Part shown: positions 55,301-64,000 of the stretch, piece by piece
Layout of the letters: every line of letters begins with the position of its first letter
Position numbering within the stretch: the first letter of the stretch is position 1
DNA from: Phoronis australis
Lineage: Eukaryota; Animalia; Phoronida
Assembly (NCBI GenBank): GCA_002633005.1
Contig: NMRA01000028.1
Span: 1,263,556-1,327,555, forward strand
Reading direction: 5' to 3'
Length of the DNA: 64,000 bases
Notes under the pieces: model-generated
Told to the model about the DNA's origin: nothing
Database searches by the model: none
The model's input: the letters and a program-made list of their open reading frames with translations, nothing else
Translations under genes and position numbers: made by a program

Positions 55301-57156
55301 TATTAATTACCCTGAGACCGTCATTTATTGATTTTCTTCTCAAAGCGACTTAATTAACACCAGAGAGACCACAATGTCGTCTTGCACTAATCAAATGACT
55401 CGATATTCTCTGGTGAACATTTTAGTAGGTTCACATGCCCTATAGTTGTTCAGTTATACCCCCCTCACACCAGAGGTGCGGTGCTACTACGGTTTTTGGT
55501 CAAAACCGCCATCACCGTAGTGACACCGCCAGTAGTGTTTCACAGTATTCCCCTACCCGTCGCACATGTGTTTTTCTTCGCGCCACGGTATCGCCGTAGG
55601 GTCGCCAGTCTACGTTTTCGGCGATTGTACGGCGGTTGTATTGCGGAAGCACGGCCGCGGTGTTGGAGGTGCTACTGCGGCCCTTTACGGTGCCAATTTG
55701 AACAAAGTTGGCCAACCCATACCATGCGCCTTTTAATATCGAACACAGGTGATCTCTCAATTATTCAGTTTGTGGCGGACACCAGTAGGCACGGATTTTT
55801 TTTTTGGAGGGGGGCACATTTGCACAAATTAGACTATTTTGCAGTTTTCGCATTTATGCCATAAGCAGAAATGCATAGCTGACGACCTTGGAAACCCCCT
55901 CGATGTCAGTGGAGTCGAAGCTAGGTAGACATTGTACGTATTTGTTTGTCTTGTTTTGTACTTGATTGAACAACACTAAATTGTACTGGTGTGTTATATG
56001 ACATATGAAATATGTTACCAATTCCAAACAATTAAATTCATAATTAATGCAAGGACGCACAGCTGGTGTCTAGCCGAAGGGAAATTTATTGGAGAGACAA
56101 TGATAAATTTATCAGTTTTCCTGATTACTTTTACTAGTACTTGTGCCATGGGACTCTATGCTGAATCGACTTTGATTCGAGCGAAGTCCAGCCGTTTAGA
56201 GAGGCCTCGACTGTAACACGTTATCTTGTAAATACTGAACGATCAAGTCAACGGAGATCCTATCTGCGTTACTTTTCAAACTGGACATAAATATTGCACA
56301 GATAACGTTATGTTTACTTTGCAAGTTATCGGCTTTATCTCAGTTTCACATGTTCTCCTACCTTTAACGTGTTCACCTACATGCTAACCTTGTATCCGAG
56401 TACACGTACGCGTCATAGAGTAAGTTTTCCGTCTGTCCGTGAGCCTGTCTCAAGTAAACAGCCATAACACGACATCTCCAGTAGTCAGCCTCGGAGACTA
56501 GTGATATCAGTGGCAGGGCACCCGGCGCGATAAGATTTAAACTTCGTAGTACTAGGGTAATGTTTCTCTCAATAATACGACATATTTTATACATTACATC
56601 TGCTAAAAGTGACCACTTTTGTCGTAAATATAGGCCTAAGTAATAGTGATTTCATTATATTTTATATAAAGTGATATACAATTGCGTGTGACCAACGCGC
56701 CATCCCAACTTGACCATGGCACTAATGAAACAAGTTAGTCGGTAAATATGATAAATACTGCCTCAGATCAATAAATGTTGGTCTGAGATATTGCGTAATT
56801 TGCATTTCTTACCACTGGTCGGGCGGCCAAGGCAGTCGGCTGCCCTTGTCACTGTATCAACGTATCAACGGTTTTTGAACTGTTGGCTATACGATTACGT
56901 GACTAAGTTTGCTATAGTTCCCCACCCCATGCGTCATAGGCGAGAAACTTAACAATAATCGCCCTAACTGGTTCAATTAATTTTGACAAAGAAAACTACA
57001 CGGCCTTTCGCTTACTCATAGTTCAGTGCTTGTTTCAGGTAATCCGATATTAGCATAACCGCACTTTGACCCCGGTCCATATCAGGCATAGTTCGAATAT
57101 TTGATGACGTCACGTTGACCTCTGGAGAAGAGTGATCTGGTTCTGTTAGTGTTAGG

Positions 57157-57215
57157 ATGAAGAAAGCTGTGTTACAGACTGAGGTGGCTAAATCTTATCC
57201 GTTTTGGGATTACAG
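57157..57215 (+). CDS. Gene B putative first coding exon (MKKAVLQTEVAKSYPFWDY)
   Basis: In-frame TGA at 57133-57135 upstream of the ATG; donor TAC AG|gtatga (phase 2); upstream acceptor ttgtttcag| at 57038. Confidence 0.5.
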
Positions 57216-57798
57216 GTATGAATTATTTTAACTTACCTCGCGGTCCTGTGTTAACTAAACCTTTCCGTGCCTTGTCATATCTCAGAGACTGCTGTCGGGG
57301 CTTCACTGTCCGTCAGCTGAACTTTACTGCGTTGTAGGGCTATCTGTGACTATTTTAATTGTTAAAGTATACGTCTTTTGATACCGAATGATTTCCGTAC
57401 ATTTTTATTACTTCCAAGTGCCGTTGTATTAGATCTCGAGTGTCTTATGAAGACAGTTTTTCCCTCATGTGTAGTAAAACGTCTAGTCAGCTGACAATAA
57501 TGTACAGCTACATGAGTCACCAGCTGGCTGGCTTATTTACAGTATTTACTGAGCTGTTTCAATCTGTAAATAAATTATGGACACGGACATGCACGATGTT
57601 TTGTACACACGACAATTTATTTTCAAGTGACGTTAGGTATTGCTCTTATTGGATAATGGAGACAACTACATATAAAGGAGACTGTTATGGTGTTGAGCAT
57701 GTTACGCGCATGACAACCCATCCAATGAGCCATCACCGAACTCAAAAGCGTTCAACTTCTCCAAATTTAAAATGCTGCGTCGAATACTGATTTGAGAA

Positions 57799-58400
57799 TT
57801 AAGGTCACGTAGGAGTTGCGTTTCCCTAGGAAAACGCTAATTTCGGAACATAATGTTCATTTTTATAATGTTTATTACAAAAATACAATGTACATTAATA
57901 AGAGCTGAGACCAGAAAGCGCTAAAAGGCATCTTGGCGGAAAATTGTATCTAAAAATGGCCTATCGCATTCATGTGAAATTTACAGATTCTATGCTTTAT
58001 ACACTATTCGCCAAATTGCTGTTAAAGAATTGTTTTTAAAATGTTCCACTTTTTGCATGAGGAGTTATCAAAATACGACTTTCATCATGATTTTCATGGA
58101 AAATTCTAAGCTTTATATAACGAAATGACATTTTATAAAATTGTAACATCGTTTCTGAGATCTCATCTTGGAGCATTTATAACAAATAAAATGTGACCAT
58201 GTCATTGATGCTATTAATTTATTATGAATATACCTTTCTGTTTAGCTAAATTTTATTAAATAGACATGGTCACGTGTCCTACTTAAGGGAGGATTGGTAA
58301 AAAGTCAAAAATGAAATTCTACAAGTTTTCTACTTTCGGAATGTATAGTCTTACATCGATCTAAAATCTATAGTTTCATAGTGAGTAGGTGAAATGCGCA
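57799..58400 (-). mobile_element. Family A copy with TTAA|GG terminus
   Basis: Reverse complement of 57960-58110 aligns with 63505-63650; 58260-58340 aligns with 50170-50243; begins ttaaggtcacgtag. Confidence 0.8.
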
Positions 58401-61004
58401 GACTTACATAACTTTACAAACTCAATTTGGTCAAACAATTATATAGGCTGCTTCGTTATGTTCTGATTCTGACTCAGTCCAGAATGGTTCATGTGTTGTA
58501 AAACGTTGATTTCGGAATTAGTGGCCTTTTCCTCGTTATCGTGGTCGTGACTTCACGAACTCGCGAGCAAATGGAGAAGCCACTGCATGCATTTATGTCC
58601 AAGTTTCATGGGAATTCGAGATTTCAATTGGTGACCCAATTACTAGTAAGCTCTCCGATTTTTCGCTGAGGACTTTGTATCGACTTTAGGCCATGGGCTA
58701 CAGGCCACCGGAGGCTGAAAACATTTCTGTGACCAATTTGGCGTGCATTTTCATTTTGATGTTTTTGATGTCACAAAACACTCTATACTTGGTGTAGTTA
58801 TGCCTATTCAGTACACATCGGTGTGTGTGTACTATATGCACACCGGTCCAAAACTCGTATAGGACGGCTTCTCTTGAGTCGATCAGACGTGATCGATTTA
58901 AATCGACACGCCGCCGTACACGACTTTTTAGCTCTAAAACTCGCCGAGTAGTGAAGTCCATTACAAAGTCGCCAATATGACAACTTGGAACTTGTAGACA
59001 TGCTCTAAACAGATTGCGAAATAGACATTATTTTCAAACGGATCATAACCTATAAGCAATGATTAAAAGTAACGCCGCCGTACGTAATGAATAAACAACG
59101 TTTTGCTACATCCCATGCTTTACATCCGGAGTACCGAATACACACTGAGTAATAAACAAATCCAACACACAACGTCCACGTGGGTGTATTCTGCTGTATG
59201 TCTTGGAACTTTACTTTTGATGACCATGTATGGGATATGCCAAAGCGTCGTTTGTTCGCAATGCACAGAAATGCCTTTGTCTTACGTTCCCTTATTTCAG
59301 CACTTTTCTGCAGTTGGATTTCATATGTTGCTAGAATGCATTTTCTAAAGCCGGGGATTTGATTTTTGGACAATCCTAGTTTGCATTTGGGGTCATATAC
59401 TCGCTTTCATCTGACCCTGAGTTCCGGATGTTTAATAATTATTTATTAACTCTACGTCTTAAAACTTGTAGGCTTTTTAAATCAGCTAAACTGCTCCCTG
59501 AATCTGCTTATAGTCGCTGCATCTTGCCAGCTGCTTATCAAAGCTATTACCGTTAACCTAGGCTTATCCATTGGATGCGCTTGGGCACTCCATCGAAAAG
59601 GAAGTCCCGTTACCCAAGTAATAAATGGCGTCACACCTGGATAAATTAATGCTTATGTTTTAAAGAAGAAAATTTCAGCTGACCATCTGGAAGTTTTGAA
59701 GTTTAAAACGATTCACCTAGTTGCAAACTGTGGAAAAACTCTAACAATCGTCTGTCGCAAGGTCTTTCAACGAAAATTAAAGAAGAGAGAATCTGTTTTT
59801 GCAAATTCAGTTAAACTGATGCAAACCTGTGTATTTTAATTTGTAGCTTGTGCGTTCTGCTGATAAGACTTATAATTTCATTTCAATGCCAGATTTCTTA
59901 GAGGATCACTGAAAATATTGTCTTTTCTTTATCATCATAGCGTTAAAAAGTCATAAGCTTCAATCTAATACACGAGTTCACGTTGTTTGCAAGCCTAATC
60001 GGCACATGGTTTTTGATTACCTAAGTAACGTTTCGAATTTCACTCAAAACCCTGTGCACCTGTTTCGTGACAGTTGACTATTTCCTGGGGTCTATTTTTA
60101 TTCAGCATAATTTCGGCTTTTCAACCTCGCTGAGGCGGCACTCACCGAAACCATCAATTATGGTTTCAACTTTTTATGAGGATGCAACGGTATATTTCGG
60201 ACGTCAATAAAGTCTTTGAAAGTTGGCAATGACGAGTTCCTTGCGCTAGCCTTTAATCAAGGACTTTTAACATTCCTACTGTCGGCGTTTATAAGGAAAA
60301 GTGTATCAGGATGAATGACTGCGCCTTGATTACACAATTAAATATAAATATAACTCAAAGAATGATTATGTACTTTTTCACTGTTTAAAGTGCTGTGCAA
60401 ACACATCTGCAAGAACTTAATTCCCGCCAGAAATCGTCGGAAATAGCTTAACTCTCAAAATTCTGGTATTTCTTATTTTAATAACATACCTACCAACTTT
60501 GATTTATACATCAACGTGCAATTTATTGAACTTTCAAACTTATCTTAAAGATGAAAACTGTGGACTCGATTTTGCAATTTGTGTGTGGATTTGTTCTTTG
60601 TTGGGATTGGCACAAATCACCTAAGCGCGGCATCCTATGAATGTATCCACAGGGCTGAACCTCAGTTTGACCACGTTTTTCTGTATAAACTAAATACCTA
60701 ACGTCTACTTATCAAGCTAATCATTCAATGTAGTTTAATGCGACGCCTCAAGGTTTTTATAAATTAATCCAAAACATGCTTATCGGCCAGTGATTATTTT
60801 AATGCATGTCTCTTATTCTCTGATAAGTATGCTTGAGTGTTCGAGTGTGTTAGCCTTCTGCGAACCGACGTAAACCCTTAAACTTGAACTTGGGAATCGC
60901 AAATGTGCATTTGCTTGTAAATGTGATGCCAAATGTCGTCCATACATGCAGGTTTTGCTGTGTGACGCAGAAATTCTAGGTTATTTTCACCGTTCTGAAC
61001 TAAT

Positions 61005-61040
61005 ATAGGGTGTGTCAAAATTATGGACACACTTTAAATG
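61005..61040 (+). mobile_element. Tc1/mariner-type TIR relic
   Basis: tatagggtgtgtcaaaattatggacacacttt resembles TA|CAGGGTGT...AAA mariner-like termini; no partner end found. Confidence 0.35.
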
Positions 61041-61789
61041 AGAGTAACGCGAACAAAATGATATAGTAAACTCTTTTTTCTTGACGGCATAGTCAAGGTT
61101 TGCGAGTTTCTCCTCACCTGGCGTTTGAACTGAAAGTTAGGCTGCGGCTGCGGCCAGTTTGCGCTCCCAAAATACTAAAATCTAGGGCAGGCCAGGCTTG
61201 GGGTCATTTTTAGTTAGGTATTGCATGTAGGCCACGTGTTGACAGTACTTTTGGACCACATTTTTGGAATCGATAGGAGATTTGCTTTCAGAATCTAATG
61301 TTGGCTTTAGCTTAGCATCTGCAGGGAAGTGGTGATTTGGGCTGAAAAGTGCCGAATTTGCGTTTTTCTGTCCCTTTTTCTTGGTAAAAAAATTGTCCAT
61401 CTCTAAGGCTTGTGATGTGAAATGACTCAAAAATTTTCTTTCTTTTCGTGAAGTTTTTGACAGAGTGAAGAAAAGGTGACGAGTCCTTTGACGTGTGTTC
61501 TGATAGTCAAATCCCTGTGAGAACTGTTCTGTGGCCCTATTACATACTTCACAAATGGACACCTCCGGCGCGTGCGCACTCATTTGCTCTATTTGATGAG
61601 CAGCTAAACGTAAAATGAGGCTGTTCGGCAAGTGATGTTTAATGTTTCCGTAGATTGTATTAGGCCCGGGCTCTACGCCTAATCTTTCTACACAAAATCG
61701 ATCTCGAAATTTTTTTGACATTTTACGTTATACTTTTGTACGAATTCCGAAGTATCTAAGATTGTGTGCTCGAGTATGTTATGATGTGA

Positions 61790-61852
61790 AAGCCATGAGT
61801 ATTAGTCCAAGCCATGAGTATATAGTCCAAGCCATGAGTATCTAGTCCAAGC
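61790..61852. repeat. Tandem repeat, 19-20 bp x 3 (aagccatgagtat(n)tagtcc)
   Basis: Read directly. Confidence 0.93.
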
Positions 61853-61947
61853 TCGCACCTGATGGCCCCTAGATTCGAGCTACTCTAGTTAAAATTTGAG
61901 TTTTCGAGATGAAACTCGAACATTGTGCGTTTTGTACAGGCAAGAAA

Positions 61948-62247
61948 CAGTGGCGGATTTAGGGGAGGGCCAAGGGGGCCATGTCCCCCCCTAAAATTCA
62001 ACCAGATACCATTTGGCAGTTCGGGTGCAAATTGCTGACAAGGACATGCGCGCGACCAGGGGGGCTCGGGGGTGAATAAACAATGCATAGGCCCTGAACA
62101 AACCCCGTTTTTTAGTCGAAAGGTGCGCAAACCCAAACATTCGAGACCCCTGCATCCCTATATTTTAGGCTGGGCGCGCGCATCTGCCGAAATTCTGGTT
62201 ATTCTTGTGCCCTGGCCCCCCAACCCAAATTCCTGGATCCGCTCCTG
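61948..62247. mobile_element. Second CAGTGGCGGAT-type MITE with imperfect 5-bp TSD, containing a nested element
   Basis: cagtggcggattta...ctggatccgctcctg; flanks agaaa / agaga. Internal 14-bp TIR pair at 62046-62059 and 62170-62183. Confidence 0.85.
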
Positions 62248-62928
62248 AGAGACAAGCCAAAAGGATACTGGAGCAGAGAATTATAGGCACTTGTCGTGAA
62301 TTCGCACAAAAGTAGAATGGAAAATGTCAAAAATAGTTTCCATTTCGATTTCGAGTGCGAAGATTAGGCCCCGGACCCTGCTTAATTTATTGGTTACAAA
62401 TTTAGCTCATTATGTGGACTCAGTCAGCAAGACGTGCGTGTAACTTCTCATACAGTCCGACGACCTACGGAAACGTTAAAACACTACTTCTCGAACGTTC
62501 TCGTTTCACGATGTGGAGATGATCTCTAGACTGGCGCCCGTGCTCGCGGCACATGATCACACTCGATTACTTTTTGTGGATATACTTAAAGAAAAGAGTC
62601 TACGTAAAAACACAAAACAACCAGAGAATTGCATTCATAGAGAAATCGCTGTCCTACCAGCAGTGTCACGTGGCTGCAGCAGAACCTTTGGCAAGTCGTT
62701 TGAAGATTTTTTCAAACGCAGGGCGAGTAAAAACTCACACGGTTTGGATGTTGTCGGGAAAAAGGGTTTAAATACATCTTCGCTTTTTCGAGCTATTCGC
62801 ATTTAAAGTGTGCCCCGTGATTTTGAGACAACCGGACTGCATGTTACATTTTCAAAGCGATAATTTTTGTTAGAGGCTTCTGGCTCTAAGGCTTATGGTT
62901 CCTGTAAACACACATTTGTTTTTTCCAG

Positions 62929-62975
62929 GTGTCGACGAGGTAGTTACTGTACTAACTCTTCAGGCGCAAGCGATG
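62929..62975 (+). CDS. Gene B 47-bp internal exon ((R)CRRGSYCTNSSGASD)
   Basis: Strong acceptor tttgttttttccag|G and donor ATG|gtgagt; phase 2 in, phase 1 out; open frame. Confidence 0.7.
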
Positions 62976-63099
62976 GTGAGTTAAGTATTCACCGCGTCCA
63001 ATCTGTGGTCTAAAGCCTGCTGTACACGAGGCAACACGTTCAGAATTAGGTTATCTAGGATCCTAGAAAAATATTCAAAATTTTGAAAGATCTTCAGTC

Positions 63100-63724
63100 A
63101 GAGGCTTATCGGATTTTCATGAAACTTTCAGGTAACATGCTTATGCACTATTCTCCAATTGGAATTGTTTTTATTATGAAGTCACATTGGCTTGAGGGAC
63201 TATCAAAATAGGACTTTTTAGATTTTTAAGAAAATGTTCAAAAGTTGCATAAAACGAAAACTAAACGATAATTCAGAAAATATTCTACGTTCCAGAGATT
63301 TCTTCATGAACCTTTATGGCAAACGATTTTTCGTCAATTAAAGTTATGCAGGACCTCATGGACAAGTCTGTGCATTTACTAGTAGCCAAATATGTACAGA
63401 AACGAAGGATTAACTGTGTAAAAAATAAATTTCCTGAAAACGAGAAGACTATGGAATTTTTGTAACCAACTTCATTAATTAGGTCACGTGACCGTACAAC
63501 TTTTGTTAGGATTTTTTATGAAAATCATAAAAGTCCTATTTTGATTGCTCCTCATGCAAAAGGGGAACATTTGAAAACAATTCATAGTTATACCGTTTTG
63601 AGTTAGAGTTCGTAAAGCATAGTATGTGAAACATTTATATAAATCCGATCAATCATTTTGAAAATATGCCATTCGGAAGTTACCCAAATTTGGGCTCTTT
63701 TTATAGAGTACTACATATCCTTAA
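63100..63724 (+). mobile_element. Family A copy with CC|TTAA terminus; contains an internal inverted pair
   Basis: ggtcacgtgacc at 63482; ctcctcatgcaaaagggg; ends ctacatatccttaa. 63190-63235 is the inverse of 63510-63558. Confidence 0.8.
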
Positions 63725-63924
63725 AATGCTCACTTTTTTGTTGCACACGTAAGTTCCGTCTCGTGTGCGGCATGCTATAGACAATAGCCAGTCTTACCAC
63801 TGAAGGCTTTAACACATCTGAATAAACAATTCCTTCAACTGTTCTAAATTCCTCACTTTACAGTTGCTTATGGGCCCAACATAGTTCATTTGTTTTAATT
63901 ATAACATTCTGCTTTTCTTTGTAG

Positions 63925-64000
63925 CGAGCAGTGTCAGTGGATTTCCTCTCAACAGAACTCGTTCTGACGCAGGAAGTGATACCGGTTCAGATGTTGATCA
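63925..64000 (+). CDS. Gene B next exon, truncated by the window end ((A)SSVSGFPLNRTRSDAGSDTGSDVD...)
   Basis: Acceptor ttctgcttttctttgtag|CG; phase 1 continues the open frame to the window end. Confidence 0.7.

Noticed and set aside
55481-55864. 127-aa ORF or CpG island as gene B promoter
   Set aside because: The ACCGCC/ACGGCG-rich texture looks like a non-autonomous transposon interior; the translation is not protein-like.
57231-57345. Antisense exon with strong donor CGAG|GTAAGT
   Set aside because: All three frames contain stops, and GTAAG matches are expected by chance many times in 64 kb.

Overview
Eukaryotic (most likely invertebrate bilaterian) AT-rich genomic DNA; no prokaryotic features. 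The only recognisable gene is an intronless SoxB1 (Sox1/2/3 / SoxNeuro class) HMG-box gene on the minus strand (1328-2287). It has a ~1.2 kb 3'UTR rich in post-transcriptional motifs and a CCAAT/GC-box promoter. About 45 kb of apparently non-coding upstream sequence follows, with motif-dense candidate enhancers, MITE/Helentron/SINE relics, micro- and minisatellites, and a run of CTCF-like motifs at 32-51 kb. Reading splice signals by hand gives two plus-strand spliced genes that the ORF track fragments or misses. Gene A has 3 exons (47205-47560, 50645-50808, 51894-52381) and encodes a 335-aa coiled-coil protein. Gene B is the 5' part of a gene (57157-57215, 62929-62975, 63925->64000) running off the window. 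One dispersed TTAA-ended repeat family forms inverted pairs bracketing intron 1 of gene A and the micro-exon of gene B. All motif and identity statements are by eye; no database searches were run.
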